Of a DNA stretch of 56,817 nt, positions 1-12,239 are shown piece after piece. Both the position numbers and the translations under genes were made by a program. The DNA lies in contig JBAUJB010000077.1 in the NCBI GenBank assembly GCA_049683355.1, forward strand, positions 1 through 56,817, written 5' to 3'. The notes beneath the pieces were generated by a model, which saw nothing but the letters and a program-made list of their open reading frames with translations, had not been told where the DNA came from and did not search any database. The DNA comes from Mycobacterium sp. (GTDB lineage Bacteria; Actinomycetota; Actinomycetes; Mycobacteriales; Mycobacteriaceae). How positions within the stretch are numbered: position 1 is the first letter of the stretch; every line of letters begins with the position of its first letter.

Positions 1-194
1 GCCTCCACCCGCAGCCCCGCGCCGCGCAGCATGCCCCAGCGCATCCCCCGGGCGGCGGCCTCGTCGAATCGGTCCCGGCCGCGGCCGATCACCGACGACT
101 TGTGCAGGTGGTGGTATCCGGACGGCATCGGACCCGCGGTGGCCCCGACCTCGGTGTAGGTCAGCGGCATGCCGGACAGGGCGCTCAATTTCAC
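1..194 (-). CDS. DUF1990 family protein (Rv2616-like), partial, runs off the window start
   Basis: Manual translation from GTG at 194: MKLSALSGMPLTYTEVGATAGPMPSGYHHLHKSSVIGRGRDRFDEAA... The LTY.EVGAT..P.GYHH pattern fits DUF1990, as does the position near thrS. Confidence 0.75.
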   Translation of the reverse strand, partial: MKLSALSGMPLTYTEVGATAGPMPSGYHHLHKSSVIGRGRDRFDEAAARGMRWGMLRGAGLRVE

Positions 195-232
195 AGATGT
201 CAGCTTGTCACCGTCGGCGTAGCGTCGTCCCC

Positions 233-873
233 GTGACTTCGACCTTCACCCTCGGCGACGACCTCACTGGGAACCGACTCGGCTTCGGCGCGATGCGGAT
301 CAGTGGCCGGTGCTGGGCTTCCCGGCGTACCTGCGCCAGGAATGTGAGATGAGTCTTCGCAGGCTCGGAGTCGACACGATCGACTTGTTCCAGCTGCATC
401 GCATCGACACCAAGTTCCCCGCCGAGGACCAGATCGGCGAGCTGGTGGCGCTGCAGCGTGAGGGCAAGATCCGGCACATCGGCCTGTCCGAGGTCACCGC
501 CGAACAGCTCGACGCGGCGCGCGCGATCGCCCCGATCGTGTCGGTGCAGAACATGTACAACCTGTCGGCGCGCACCGCCGAACCCGTCCTCGACGCCTGC
601 GAAACCGCAGGTATCGCGTTCATCCCGTGGTTTCCGCTGGCCGCCGGGCGGCTGGCGGCCGCCGATGGGCCGTTGCAGCGCATTGCTGCCGACCACGGCG
701 CCACCCCCTCGCAGCTGCCGTTGGCCTGGTTGCTCAGACGCTCGCCGGTGATGCTGCCGATCCCGGGCACCCCCAAGGTCGCCCATCTGGAGGAGAACGT
801 CGCCGCCGGGCAGATCGAGTTCACCGACGCCGAATTCGACACGTTGAGCAAAGCCGGGGCAGCCGATACATGA
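233..873 (+). pseudogene. Aldo/keto reductase with internal deletion and frameshift
   Basis: Frame A from GTG 233 gives MTSTFTLGDDLTGNRLGFGAMRI (AKR N-terminus) and stops at 350-352. Frame B from 298 gives DQWPVLGFPAYLRQECEMSLRRLGVDTIDLFQLHR...IGLSE...SVQNMYN...PIPGT...HLEENV. The intervening DTA..YG / ATK catalytic segment is absent. Confidence 0.85.
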
Positions 874-894
874 GCCAACCAATACGGTAAGCGG

Positions 895-1524
895 GTGAGC
901 GCCCACGAATCCGTCGATGTGCACGCAGGTGGGGGATTCAATCCGCCGGGACCCACCCGCAGTGGTGGACCGGACTACGGGCGCTTCGTCGAGGCCGTGC
1001 GTTCGCTGCAGGACCATGCGCGCGCTGCCGACGCGCCCGACGAGGTGATCACCGAAGCCGCCGACCTGCTCGAGAAGGCCTCGCAGCTACTCGCGCCCTA
1101 CGACGCCGACGAATGGTCGTCCCCCTCGGGACGCCGGATGGACCTGCCCAACCGCGGCAACATCCTGCAGGTGCCGGCGGAGTTGCACGTCACCGACGAC
1201 GGCCGGGTCGCAGGCACCGCCCTGTTCCGCCGCTACTACCTCGGTCGCAACGGAGCCGCCCACGGTGGCGCCGTCGCGTTGCTGTTCGATTCGCTGCTCG
1301 GATTCACCGCGTTCAAACTCAGCCGCAGCCGCGCGCAGCGCACCGCGTTCCTGCACGTCGACTACCGCAACATCGCCCCGGTGGAAAAGCAGCTCCGGGT
1401 CGACGCCGGCATCGACTCGATGGAGGGTCGCAAGATCTTCGTCTCCGGCCGGATCCTCGACGGGGACGACGTCGTCGCCGAAGCGCACGCGCTGTTCGTC
1501 ACGTTGAAACCGGGTCAGCCGTGA
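895..1524 (+). CDS. PaaI family (hotdog-fold) thioesterase
   Basis: GRNGAAHGGAVALLFDSLLG and TAFLHVDYR...GRKIFV motifs. Confidence 0.85.
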   Translation: MSAHESVDVHAGGGFNPPGPTRSGGPDYGRFVEAVRSLQDHARAADAPDEVITEAADLLEKASQLLAPYDADEWSSPSGRRMDLPNRGNILQVPAELHVTDDGRVAGTALFRRYYLGRNGAAHGGAVALLFDSLLGFTAFKLSRSRAQRTAFLHVDYRNIAPVEKQLRVDAGIDSMEGRKIFVSGRILDGDDVVAEAHALFVTLKPGQP

Positions 1525-1952
1525 GCGAGGGCGGGCGCCGGGTGCTTGTGACCCGGCAGTGGGCGCGCTGGCGCGACGGTCTGCGCGAGCGGCGCGTCGC
1601 CGATCTGACGTACCGGATCGCCGTCGGGGTGGTCGGCCTGCTGGTCCTCGCCGTCGGCATCGTCGCGATTCCGTACCCCGGCCCGGGCTGGGCGATCGTG
1701 TTCGTCGGGCTGGCGATCCTGGCCACCGAATTCGACTGGGCACGCAGACTGCTGGCCTACGCCCGCACCCGCTACGACGCCACGATGGACTGGTTCAAAC
1801 GCCAAGGCCTGTGGGTTCAGGTGCTGGGCGCGGCGTTCACCGCCGCCGTCGTGATCGGCACGTTGTGGCTGTTCGGCGTACTCGACTGGGCAGGGGAATT
1901 GGTGACCATCGAGCACAAGTGGCTGGATAGCCCGATTGGTATCGGGGCGTGA
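1521..1952 (+). CDS. TIGR02611-type small membrane protein
   Basis: GTG overlaps the upstream stop (GTGA); GIVAIPYPGPGWAIVFVGLAILATEFDWA motif; hydrophobic helices. Confidence 0.8.
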   Translation: MSEGGRRVLVTRQWARWRDGLRERRVADLTYRIAVGVVGLLVLAVGIVAIPYPGPGWAIVFVGLAILATEFDWARRLLAYARTRYDATMDWFKRQGLWVQVLGAAFTAAVVIGTLWLFGVLDWAGELVTIEHKWLDSPIGIGA

Positions 1953-2042
1953 GGGCCGATCCCGATAGCATGGTCGCGGTCAGCGGCCTGAACTCCGCCC
2001 GACACACCACCGAAGATTTTCCGAGAGTTTGGAGAGCCCGCG

Positions 2043-4115
2043 ATGAGCGCCCCCGCCAGCACCGCCCCAGCAGCCCCGATCCGGGTCGCTGCCGGGACGA
2101 CCGCAGGGCAGGCGGTACGTGACGCCGGCTTGCCGGCCAGGGGAGCCTCCGACGCCGTGGTCGTCGTGCGCGACGCCGACGGGCGACTACGCGACCTGTC
2201 GTGGGTGCCCGACGACGACGTCGAGGTCACACCCGTGGCGGCCGACACCGAAGACGGACGAAGCGTCATCCGCCATTCGGCCGCCCACGTCCTCGCCCAG
2301 GCGGTGCAGGCGCTGTTCCCCGACGCCCGGCTCGGCATCGGTCCCCCGATCACCGACGGGTTCTATTACGACTTCGAGGTCGCCGAACCGTTCACCCCGG
2401 AGGATCTCCAGGCGCTCGAGAAGCGGATGCGCCAGATCGTCAAGGACGGCCAGCTGTTCTCGCGGCGGGTGTACGAGTCCAAGGCCGCCGCCCGCGAAGA
2501 GCTCAAGAGCGAGCCGTACAAACTCGAACTCATCGACGACAAGTCCGGTGACCCCGACGTCATGGAGGTCGGTGGGGACGAGCTGACTGCTTACGACAAT
2601 CTCAATCCCCGTACCCGCGAACGGGTTTGGGGTGACCTGTGCCGCGGCCCGCACATCCCCACCACCCGCTACATCCCGGCGTTCAAGTTGACCCGCAGTT
2701 CGGCCGCCTACTGGCGTGGCGATCAGGACAACGCGAGCCTGCAGCGCATCTACGGCACGGCGTGGGAGTCGCAGGAAGCACTCGACCGGCACCTCGAACT
2801 GCTCGAGGAGGCTCAGCGTCGCGATCACCGCCGCCTCGGCGCGGAGCTCGACCTGTTCAGCTTTCCCGACGAGATCGGATCGGGTCTTCCGGTCTTCCAC
2901 CCCAAGGGCGGCATCGTGCGGCGCGAGCTGGAGGACTATTCCCGCCGCAAGCACATCGAGGCCGGGTACGAGTTCGTCAACACCCCACACATCACCAAGG
3001 CGCAGCTGTTCCACACCTCCGGGCACCTCGACTGGTACGCGGACGGGATGTTCCCGCCGATGCACATCGATGCCGAGCTCAACGAGGACGGCACTGTCCG
3101 CAAGCCCGGACAGGACTACTACCTCAAGCCGATGAACTGCCCGATGCACTGCCTGATATTCCGGGCGCGGGGCCGGTCGTATCGCGAGCTTCCGTTGCGC
3201 GCCTTCGAATTCGGCGCGGTCTACCGGTACGAGAAGTCGGGTGTGGTGCACGGCCTGACCCGGGTGCGTGGGCTGACGATGGACGATGCGCACATCTTCT
3301 GCACCCGCGATCAGATGCGCGGCGAGCTCGCCTCGCTGCTGCAGTTCATCCTCGACCTGCTCAGCGACTACGGTCTGCAGGATTTCTACCTGGAGCTCTC
3401 TACGAAGGACCCGAAGAAGTTCGTCGGCTCCGATGAGATCTGGGAAGAAGCCACCAACACCCTCGCGCAGGTGGCCGCCGAGTCCGGTCTGGAACTGGTT
3501 CCCGATCCGGGCGGTGCGGCCTTCTACGGCCCGAAGATCTCGGTGCAGGCCCGCGACGCGCTCGGCCGCAGCTGGCAGATGTCGACCATCCAACTGGACT
3601 TCAACTTCCCCGAGCGCTTCGAACTCGAGTACACCGCCGCGGACGGCAGCCGGCAACGTCCGGTGATGATCCATCGCGCGCTGTTCGGCTCCATCGAGCG
3701 GTTCTTCGGCATCCTCACCGAGCACTATGCGGGCGCGTTCCCGGCCTGGCTGGCGCCGGTGCAGGTAGTGGCCATCCCGGTCGCCGACGGCCACGTCGAC
3801 TACCTCGACGACATGGTGGCCCGGCTGCGCAAGCACGGCATCCGTGCCGAGGTCGACGCCAGCGACGATCGGATGGCCAAGAAGATCGTCAACCACACCA
3901 ACCAGAAGGTGCCGTTCATGCTGCTCGCGGGCCACCGCGACGTGGAAGCGGGCGCGGTGTCGTTCCGGTTCGCTGACCGGACCCAGATCAACGCAGTTCC
4001 GTGCGACGGGGCGATCGCGGCCATCGTCGACTGGGTGGCGCGCCGCGAGAACGCCACGCCCACCGCGGAACTCGTCGTCGTCGGCTCCGGCGACCCTGCT
4101 GCGGGCGAGGGGTGA
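2043..4115 (+). CDS. thrS: Threonine--tRNA ligase
   Basis: RHSAAH, DLCRGPH, LQRIYG, RDHR, KPMNCP, YRYEKSG, AFYGPK, TIQLDF and [11 protein letters not shown] motifs. Confidence 0.98.
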   Translation: MSAPASTAPAAPIRVAAGTTAGQAVRDAGLPARGASDAVVVVRDADGRLRDLSWVPDDDVEVTPVAADTEDGRSVIRHSAAHVLAQAVQALFPDARLGIGPPITDGFYYDFEVAEPFTPEDLQALEKRMRQIVKDGQLFSRRVYESKAAAREELKSEPYKLELIDDKSGDPDVMEVGGDELTAYDNLNPRTRERVWGDLCRGPHIPTTRYIPAFKLTRSSAAYWRGDQDNASLQRIYGTAWESQEALDRHLELLEEAQRRDHRRLGAELDLFSFPDEIGSGLPVFHPKGGIVRRELEDYSRRKHIEAGYEFVNTPHITKAQLFHTSGHLDWYADGMFPPMHIDAELNEDGTVRKPGQDYYLKPMNCPMHCLIFRARGRSYRELPLRAFEFGAVYRYEKSGVVHGLTRVRGLTMDDAHIFCTRDQMRGELASLLQFILDLLSDYGLQDFYLELSTKDPKKFVGSDEIWEEATNTLAQVAAESGLELVPDPGGAAFYGPKISVQARDALGRSWQMSTIQLDFNFPERFELEYTAADGSRQRPVMIHRALFGSIERFFGILTEHYAGAFPAWLAPVQVVAIPVADGHVDYLDDMVARLRKHGIRAEVDASDDRMAKKIVNHTNQKVPFMLLAGHRDVEAGAVSFRFADRTQINAVPCDGAIAAIVDWVARRENATPTAELVVVGSGDPAAGEG

Positions 4116-4116
4116 C

Positions 4117-4668
4117 GTGGATCCGGAGGACACGATCGTAGACCGCGGCGTCGGCGACCCGGACCACCTGCAGCGGCTGTGGACGCCACACCGGATGTCC
4201 TACATCGCCGAGGCGCCGATGAAGACCGGTCGCGCCACCACCACCGAGCCGTTCAGCGACATCCCCACGATGTCCGACGAGGACGGCCTGGTCGTGGCCC
4301 GGGGCGAGCTGGTCTACGCCGTGCTCAATCTGTACCCGTACAACCCCGGTCATCTGATGGTGGTGCCGTACCGCCGGGTTTCCGAGCTCGAAGATCTCAC
4401 CGTCGAGGAGGGCGCCGAGCTGATGGCCTTCGCGCAGAAGGCGATCCGGGTCATCAAGGCGGTTTCACAGCCCCACGGGTTCAACGTCGGTCTCAACCTC
4501 GGTCACTCGGCGGGCGGCAGCCTGGCCGAGCATCTGCACATGCATGTGGTTCCGCGGTGGGGCGGCGACGCCAACTTCATCACGATCATCGGGGATTCCA
4601 AGGTCATCCCGCAGTTGCTGCGGGACACCCGCCAGCTGTTGGCCACGGAGTGGGACAACCAGCGGTGA
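4117..4668 (+). CDS. HIT family Ap4A phosphorylase (Rv2613c-like)
   Basis: LNLYPYNPGH and HLHMHVVPRW histidine triad; lies between thrS and pgsA; start set at GTG 4117. Confidence 0.93.
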   Translation: MDPEDTIVDRGVGDPDHLQRLWTPHRMSYIAEAPMKTGRATTTEPFSDIPTMSDEDGLVVARGELVYAVLNLYPYNPGHLMVVPYRRVSELEDLTVEEGAELMAFAQKAIRVIKAVSQPHGFNVGLNLGHSAGGSLAEHLHMHVVPRWGGDANFITIIGDSKVIPQLLRDTRQLLATEWDNQR

Positions 4669-5336
4669 GTGACTTCTACCTGATGACCCGCGCGGCGTAC
4701 GCGAAGCTGTCGCGGCCGGTGGCCAAAGGGGCGCTGCGCCTGGGGTTGACGCCCGACAGCGTGACCATCCTCGGCACCGCGGGTGCGGTGCTGGGCGCGC
4801 TCACGCTGTTCCCGATCGGACAGCTGTTCGCGGGTGCGTTCGTCGTCGCGTTCTTCGTCCTCGCCGACATGCTCGACGGGGCGATGGCCCGCGAACGTGG
4901 TGGCGGCACCCGCTTCGGGTCGGTCCTCGACGCCACCTGCGACCGGATCAGCGACGGCGCGGTGTTCTGCGGGCTGCTCTGGTGGGCGGCGTTCGGACTC
5001 GAGAATGCCGCGCTGGTGGTCGCCACGATGATCTGCCTGGTGTCGTCGCAGGTGATCTCCTACATCAAGGCCCGCGCGGAAGCCAGCGGGCTGACCGGCG
5101 ACGGCGGCATCATCGAGCGACCCGAGCGGCTGGTGATCATCTTGCTCGGTACCTGGCTGTCGGATCTGCCGTTCGTCCCGCTGCCGTGGGTGCTCGACGC
5201 CGCGATGTGGGCGCTCGCGGTGGCCAGCGTGGTGACGGTCGGGCAGCGGTTGCACAGCGTGCGGACCTCGACGGGGGCGATGGATCGGCTCACGGTCACC
5301 GACAACGGCGAGAAACCGGAGTCCGGGGAACAATGA
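4665..5336 (+). CDS. pgsA: Phosphatidylinositol phosphate synthase
   Basis: CDP-alcohol phosphotransferase motif DMLDGAMAR...G..LDATCDRISD; GTGA overlap with HIT gene. Confidence 0.95.
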   Translation: MSDFYLMTRAAYAKLSRPVAKGALRLGLTPDSVTILGTAGAVLGALTLFPIGQLFAGAFVVAFFVLADMLDGAMARERGGGTRFGSVLDATCDRISDGAVFCGLLWWAAFGLENAALVVATMICLVSSQVISYIKARAEASGLTGDGGIIERPERLVIILLGTWLSDLPFVPLPWVLDAAMWALAVASVVTVGQRLHSVRTSTGAMDRLTVTDNGEKPESGEQ

Positions 5337-6316
5337 CCCAGCACCCGGCCGGTGCCAACACCGATCGCGGGGCCCTTCTCGGCCCCCCCGGCTCCTGGGG
5401 TGGCCACCTCAGCGACTGGGGTTATGCGGCCGGCTGGCGGTTGGTCCGCGCAGCTCCGGAGATCGTGGCGCGCAACGCGTTCGGTTTCGGCGCCCAACTC
5501 GCGGCGCGCAACGGCGGTCCCGACCAGTTGCGCAGGAACCTGGCCCGGGTGATCGGGGCGGCTCCCGAGCAGGTGCCGGATGCGCTGATCCGTGCTTCGC
5601 TTGCCTCCTACGCCCGATACTGGCGGGAGGCGTTCCGATTGCCGTCGATGGATCACGCGAAACTGGGCACACAACTGAGTGTCCAGGACATCGACCTGCT
5701 GTGGACGGCGTTGGATCAGGGCCGCGGGGCGGTGCTGGCGCTGCCGCACAGCGGCAACTGGGACATGGCCGGGGTCTGGCTGGTGCAGAACCATGGCGCC
5801 TTCGCCACCGTCGCCGAGCGTCTCAAGCCCGAATCGCTCTACTACCGCTTCCTGGCCTACCGGGAGCGGCTGGGATTCGAGGTGGTGCCGTTGTCGGGAG
5901 GCGAGAGGCCGCCCTTCGAGGTGCTGTGTGACCGTCTCCGCGACAACGGCGTGGTGTGCCTGATGGCCGACCGTGACATGACCCGCACCGGAGTGCAGGT
6001 GAACTTCTTCGGTGAGGCGAGCCGGCTGCCCGCAGGCCCGGCCAGGCTGGCCGTCCAGACCGGGGCGGCGCTGTTTCCGGTGCACTGCTGGTTCGAGGGC
6101 GAGGGATGGGGCATGCGGGTCTACCCGGAGGTCAACACCTCGTCGGGCGACCTGGTGGCCATCACCCAGGCGTTGGCGGACCGGTTCGCCGTGAACATCG
6201 CCGCGCACCCGGCCGATTGGCATATGATGCAGCCGCAGTGGGTGGCGGACCTGTCGGAGGAGCGCAGGGCCCGGTTTTCCGGCGGGCTGGAGCGAAGCGA
6301 CCCGGGGTCCGGGTGA
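5333..6316 (+). CDS. patA: Phosphatidylinositol mannoside acyltransferase
   Basis: LPHSGNWD (HxxxxD) motif, SYARYWREAFRLP; lies between pgsA and pimA. Confidence 0.93.
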   Translation: MTQHPAGANTDRGALLGPPGSWGGHLSDWGYAAGWRLVRAAPEIVARNAFGFGAQLAARNGGPDQLRRNLARVIGAAPEQVPDALIRASLASYARYWREAFRLPSMDHAKLGTQLSVQDIDLLWTALDQGRGAVLALPHSGNWDMAGVWLVQNHGAFATVAERLKPESLYYRFLAYRERLGFEVVPLSGGERPPFEVLCDRLRDNGVVCLMADRDMTRTGVQVNFFGEASRLPAGPARLAVQTGAALFPVHCWFEGEGWGMRVYPEVNTSSGDLVAITQALADRFAVNIAAHPADWHMMQPQWVADLSEERRARFSGGLERSDPGSG

Positions 6317-6324
6317 GCCACCTG

Positions 6325-7482
6325 ATGCGCATCGGCATGGTCTGCCCGTACTCGTTCGATGTCCCCGGCGGCGTGCAATCGCACGTGCTGCAGCTCGCCG
6401 AGGTGATGCACCGCCGCGGCCACGACGTCAGCGTGCTGGCGCCGGCGTCGGCCGGCGTGCACGGCTCTCTTCCGGACTACGTGGTGTCCGGGGGCAGGGC
6501 CATCCCGATCCGCTACAACGGGTCGGTGGCCCGACTGCGTTTCGGACCGGCCACCCATCGCAGGGTCAAGAAGTGGCTCCAGCAGGGGGAGTTCGACGTC
6601 CTGCACCTGCACGAGCCGAACGCCCCGAGCCTGTCGATGCTGGCGCTCAACGTCGCCGAGGGGCCGATCGTCGCGACATTTCACACCTCGACGACGAAGT
6701 CGCTGACGCTGTCGGTGTTCGAGCCGTTCCTCCGGCCGATGCACGAGAAGATCGTCGGCCGGATCGCGGTCTCGGATCTGGCTCGGCGCTGGCAGATGGA
6801 AGCTCTGGGCAGCGACGCCGTGGAGATCCCGAACGGGGTGGATGTCGGGTCGTTCGCGACGGCGCCACGGCTGCCGGGATACCCGCGTGCCGGCAAGACC
6901 GTGCTGTTCCTTGGGCGTTTTGATGAACCCCGCAAGGGGATGGCAGTGCTGCTCGGTGCGCTGCCCGCGCTCGTCGAGCGGTTCGCCGACATCGAGATCC
7001 TCGTCGTGGGCCGAGGCGATGAGGCCGAGCTGCGCGCCGCGGCGGGCCCGCTGGCCGACCGGCTGCGATTCCTGGGACAGGTCGACGACGCCGGCAAGGC
7101 CTCGGCGATGCGCAGCGCAGACGTGTACTGCGCACCCAACACCGGCGGGGAGAGCTTCGGCATCGTCCTGGTGGAGGCGATGGCCGCCGGGACCGCAGTC
7201 GTGGCCAGTGACCTCGACGCGTTCCGGCGGGTACTCGCGGACGGCGAGGCCGGGCGGTTGGTCCCTGTCGACGACCCTGCCGGGCTGGCCGCGGGGTTGA
7301 TCGAGGTTCTCGCCGATGACGTCGTCCGGCAGCGTTACATCGACTGCGCATCGGTGTCGGTGCAGCGCTACGACTGGTCGGTCGTCGCCGAGCAGATCAT
7401 GCGGGTCTACGAGACGGTCGCAGGATCGGGCACGAAGGTGCAGGTGGCGGGTAATCGCGAAGCCACGGGGAGAACAACTTGA
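6325..7482 (+). CDS. pimA: Phosphatidyl-myo-inositol alpha-mannosyltransferase (GT4)
   Basis: MRIGMVCPYSFDVPGGVQSH, GRFDEPRKG, GESFGIVLVEAMAAG. Confidence 0.97.
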   Translation: MRIGMVCPYSFDVPGGVQSHVLQLAEVMHRRGHDVSVLAPASAGVHGSLPDYVVSGGRAIPIRYNGSVARLRFGPATHRRVKKWLQQGEFDVLHLHEPNAPSLSMLALNVAEGPIVATFHTSTTKSLTLSVFEPFLRPMHEKIVGRIAVSDLARRWQMEALGSDAVEIPNGVDVGSFATAPRLPGYPRAGKTVLFLGRFDEPRKGMAVLLGALPALVERFADIEILVVGRGDEAELRAAAGPLADRLRFLGQVDDAGKASAMRSADVYCAPNTGGESFGIVLVEAMAAGTAVVASDLDAFRRVLADGEAGRLVPVDDPAGLAAGLIEVLADDVVRQRYIDCASVSVQRYDWSVVAEQIMRVYETVAGSGTKVQVAGNREATGRTT

Positions 7483-8522
7483 TTCCGTGGGTCACCGCGG
7501 TCCTGATCGCTGTGCTGGTCGCGGCTGTGCTGGTGGTGGGTGTCTGGGCGTTCCAGACCGCAAACCGTCTCGACAGGTTGCACGTGCGCTACGACCTGTC
7601 GTGGCAGGCCCTCGACGGGGCGCTGGCCCGCAGAGCGGTGGTGGCACGAGCGGTCGCCGTCGACGCATACGGCCGGGGACCGGAAGGCAGACGCCTGGCC
7701 GCGCTCGCGGACGCCGCCGAGAGGGCGCCGCGGTCAGGCAGGGAAACGGCCGAGAACGAGCTGTCCTGGGCGCTGGCCCAGGTTGACCCGGCATGGCTGC
7801 CCGTGGCGTTGATCGCCGAGCTGGCCGACGCGGAGGCGCGCGTGCTGCTGGCGCGCCGCTTCCACAACGACGCCGTCCGCGACACGCTGGCTCTGCGCGA
7901 ACGCCCCGCCGTCCGCATTCTGCGGCTCGGTGGAACCGCCGCACTGCCAACCTATTTCGAGATCTCCGAGGGCGGCGAGGTGTCGCCCCGTGAGACTGTG
8001 CCTGCGAACCGGCGGACATCTGCACGTGTGGTGCTGCTCGACGACGACGGTGCCGTGCTGCTGCTGCGCGGCTCCGATCCTGCGGTCCCCGCCAGTGCCG
8101 CGTCGGCCCCCCGGTGGTGGTTCACAATCGGAGGCGCTGCCCAGGTGGGGGAGTCGCTGGCACAGACGGCGGCCCGCGAACTCGAGGAGGAGACCGGGCT
8201 GAAGGTGACCGCCGAGGATCTGGTCGGTCCGGTCTGGCGTCGCGACGCCGTCATCGACTTCAACGGTTCGGTGATCCGCAGCGAGGAGATCTACTTCGTC
8301 CACCGGACGACCCGGTTCGAGCCGTCCGAATCGGGGCGCTCCGGCCTGGAGCGGACCTACATCACCGACCACCGGTGGTGCGATGCGACAATGATCGACG
8401 AACTGGTCGCCGGCGGCGAGACGGTGTACCCGCTGCAGTTGGGCGAGCTTCTGGGCGAGGCGAATGCGCTGGCCGACGCATCGGACGCGGCGACCGAGAG
8501 GCCGTTGCGGCCGATCCGGTGA
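7479..8522 (+). CDS. Membrane-anchored NUDIX hydrolase (Rv2609c-like)
   Basis: N-terminal TM helix, LemA-like helical region, NUDIX box GGAAQVGESLAQTAARELEEETG. Confidence 0.9.
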   Translation: MIPWVTAVLIAVLVAAVLVVGVWAFQTANRLDRLHVRYDLSWQALDGALARRAVVARAVAVDAYGRGPEGRRLAALADAAERAPRSGRETAENELSWALAQVDPAWLPVALIAELADAEARVLLARRFHNDAVRDTLALRERPAVRILRLGGTAALPTYFEISEGGEVSPRETVPANRRTSARVVLLDDDGAVLLLRGSDPAVPASAASAPRWWFTIGGAAQVGESLAQTAARELEEETGLKVTAEDLVGPVWRRDAVIDFNGSVIRSEEIYFVHRTTRFEPSESGRSGLERTYITDHRWCDATMIDELVAGGETVYPLQLGELLGEANALADASDAATERPLRPIR

Positions 8523-8596
8523 CGGCGGCGTACACCGGATCAATGGATTTGCCGGCCGCCCTTAGACTGGATCAGTAGCGATTGAAGGAGATCACG

Positions 8597-9517
8597 GTGG
8601 AATCCGAAATGCCTGGGGAAGGCCTGGGGGCACCGCCCGCCCGCGGGACTGCGCGGGTCAAGCGCGGTATGGCCGAGATGCTCAAGGGTGGCGTCATCAT
8701 GGACGTCGTCACCCCGGAGCAGGCCCGCATCGCCGAGTCCGCCGGTGCGGTGGCCGTGATGGCGCTGGAACGCGTCCCGGCCGACATCAGGACGCAGGGC
8801 GGGGTGTCGCGCATGAGCGACCCCGACATGATCGAGAGCATCATCGATGCGGTCACCATCCCAGTGATGGCCAAGGCGCGCATCGGTCATTTCGTGGAGG
8901 CGCAGATCCTGCAGAGCCTCGGCGTCGACTACGTCGACGAGTCCGAGGTGCTGACGCCCGCCGACTACGCCAACCACATCGACAAGTGGAAGTTCACCGT
9001 GCCGTTCGTGTGCGGGGCCACCAACCTGGGCGAGGCGCTGCGGCGCATCACCGAAGGCGCGGCGATGATTCGTTCCAAGGGTGAGGCCGGCACCGGCGAC
9101 GTCTCCAACGCCACCACCCACATGCGCAAGATCGGTGGCGAGATCCGTCGTCTCACGTCGCTGTCCGAAGACGAACTGTACGTCGCCGCAAAGGAATTGC
9201 AGGCACCGTTCGACCTGGTGGTCGAGGTCGCCCGGGCCGGCAAGCTGCCGGTCACACTGTTCACCGCGGGTGGCATCGCCACCCCGGCGGACGCGGCGAT
9301 GATGATGCAGCTCGGCGCGGAAGGCGTGTTCGTCGGCTCGGGCATCTTCAAGTCCGGTGACCCGGCGCAGCGCGCGGCTGCGATCGTCAAGGCCACCACG
9401 TTCCACGACGATCCCGATGTGCTGGCGAAGGTGTCCCGTGGGCTGGGGGAGGCCATGGTCGGCATCAACGTGGAGGGCATCGCAGCCCCGCATCGGCTCG
9501 CCGAGCGCGGCTGGTAG
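8597..9517 (+). CDS. pdxS: Pyridoxal 5'-phosphate synthase lyase subunit
   Basis: [54 protein letters not shown] before GTG 8597. Confidence 0.97.
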   Translation: MESEMPGEGLGAPPARGTARVKRGMAEMLKGGVIMDVVTPEQARIAESAGAVAVMALERVPADIRTQGGVSRMSDPDMIESIIDAVTIPVMAKARIGHFVEAQILQSLGVDYVDESEVLTPADYANHIDKWKFTVPFVCGATNLGEALRRITEGAAMIRSKGEAGTGDVSNATTHMRKIGGEIRRLTSLSEDELYVAAKELQAPFDLVVEVARAGKLPVTLFTAGGIATPADAAMMMQLGAEGVFVGSGIFKSGDPAQRAAAIVKATTFHDDPDVLAKVSRGLGEAMVGINVEGIAAPHRLAERGW

Positions 9518-9526
9518 AACTCGACG

Positions 9527-10375
9527 GTGGCGATCGAAGAGATCCTCGATCTGGAGAAGATCGAGGTCAACATCTATCGCGGCGGCGTTTTCAGCCCGGA
9601 GTCCGGTTTCCTGCAGCGGACGTTCGGCGGCCATGTCGCCGGCCAGTCGCTGGTCTCCGCGGTGCGCACCGTAGACCCGAAGTTCCAGGTGCACTCCCTG
9701 CACGGGTACTTCCTGCGCGCCGGTGACGCCCGGTCGCCGTCGGTGTACACCGTCGAGCGGATCCGCGATGGTGGTTCCTTCTGCACCCGCCGGGTGACCG
9801 CGATCCAGCACGGCGAGACCATCTTCTCGATGTCGGCGTCGTTCCAGACCGACCAGAGCGGCATCGAACATCAGAACACGATGCCCGCCGCTCCACCGCC
9901 CGACGACATCCCCGATTTCAAGTCCGCCAGCAAGGTGTTCGACGACGCCAGTTTCCGCCAGTTCGACGAATGGGACGTGCGGATCGTGCCCCGCGAACTC
10001 CTCGGGGTACGTGAGGGCAAAGCCTCTCAACAGCAGGTGTGGTTCCGGCACCGCGATCCGCTGCCAGACGACCACGTCCTGCACATCTGCGCGCTGGCCT
10101 ACATGAGCGACCTGACGCTGCTCGGGTCGGCTCAGGTCAACCACCCCGAGGAACGCAAGCACCTGATGGTGGCGTCGCTGGACCACGCGATGTGGTTCAT
10201 GCGCGCGTTCCGCGCAGACGAGTGGCTGCTCTACGACCAGTCGTCCCCGTCGGCCTGCGGTGGGCGGTCGTTGACCCAGGGAAAGATCTACAACCAGTAC
10301 GGCGAGATGGTTGCGGCGGTGATGCAGGAGGGGCTTACCCGCTACCCCCGCGATTTCACGCCGGGACGCAGGTGA
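9527..10375 (+). CDS. tesB: Acyl-CoA thioesterase II
   Basis: [38 protein letters not shown] and QEG motifs. Confidence 0.93.
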   Translation: MAIEEILDLEKIEVNIYRGGVFSPESGFLQRTFGGHVAGQSLVSAVRTVDPKFQVHSLHGYFLRAGDARSPSVYTVERIRDGGSFCTRRVTAIQHGETIFSMSASFQTDQSGIEHQNTMPAAPPPDDIPDFKSASKVFDDASFRQFDEWDVRIVPRELLGVREGKASQQQVWFRHRDPLPDDHVLHICALAYMSDLTLLGSAQVNHPEERKHLMVASLDHAMWFMRAFRADEWLLYDQSSPSACGGRSLTQGKIYNQYGEMVAAVMQEGLTRYPRDFTPGRR

Positions 10376-10965
10376 GGACTCGAATCGGTGTGCTCGCGTT
10401 GCAGGGCGACACCCGCGAGCACCTCGCGGCGCTGCGGGCCGCCGGAGCCGACGCGGTGACGGTGCGCCGGGGCGGTGAACTCGACTCGGTGGAGGCACTG
10501 GTGATCCCGGGCGGTGAGTCCACCACGATGAGCCACCTGCTGCGCGAGTTCGAACTCCTCGACCCGTTACGGGCCCGACTGGCCGACGGCATGCCCGCCT
10601 ACGGTTCCTGCGCCGGGATGATCCTGCTCGCCAGCGAGATCCTCGACGCCGGGGTGGCCGGCCGGGACGCCGTACCCCTGAAGGCGATCGATATGACGGT
10701 GCGCCGCAACGCTTTCGGTCGTCAGGTGGACTCGTTCGAAGACGACGTCGCCTTCGATGGGCTCAACGGGCCGGTGCACGCGGTGTTCATCCGGGCGCCG
10801 TGGGTCGAACGTGTCGGACCCGAGGTGCAGGTGCTGGCACGCGCCGCCGACCATGTCGTGGCGGTGCGGCAGGGGCGCACCCTCGCCACGGCGTTTCATC
10901 CAGAGGTCACCGGCGACCGCCGGGTGCATGCGCTGTTCGTCGACATGGTCACCGGCCGCGTCTGA
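10372..10965 (+). CDS. pdxT: Pyridoxal 5'-phosphate synthase glutaminase subunit
   Basis: [42 protein letters not shown]. Confidence 0.97.
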   Translation: MRTRIGVLALQGDTREHLAALRAAGADAVTVRRGGELDSVEALVIPGGESTTMSHLLREFELLDPLRARLADGMPAYGSCAGMILLASEILDAGVAGRDAVPLKAIDMTVRRNAFGRQVDSFEDDVAFDGLNGPVHAVFIRAPWVERVGPEVQVLARAADHVVAVRQGRTLATAFHPEVTGDRRVHALFVDMVTGRV

Positions 10966-10970
10966 GGCGC

Positions 10971-11017
10971 GATTTTGGCGTGATCGTCGCCGGTGAGCGA
11001 CGACGAGCACGCCGAAA

Positions 11018-11019
<2 letters not shown>
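10971..11019. repeat. REP-like palindrome / bidirectional terminator candidate between convergent pdxT and acyl-CoA dehydrogenase
   Basis: GATTTTGGCGTG (10971-10982) pairs 11/12 with CACGCCGAAATC (11008-11019); inner stem TCGTCGC/GCGACGA. Confidence 0.7.
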
Positions 11020-12229
<1,210 letters not shown>

Positions 12230-12239
12230 GGGCAATAAT

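Noticed and set aside
2187..4133. Long antisense and alternative-frame ORFs (648 aa opposite thrS; also 8540-10498, 19490-21148, 22163-24001, 24873-26657, 47358-48857)
   Set aside because: Shadow ORFs expected from high-GC codon bias; they overlap well-supported genes and show no recognisable motifs.
8530..8580. Repeated GGAT(C/T) words upstream of pdxS as a MocR/PdxR site
   Set aside because: Too short and irregularly spaced; no pdxR gene in the window.
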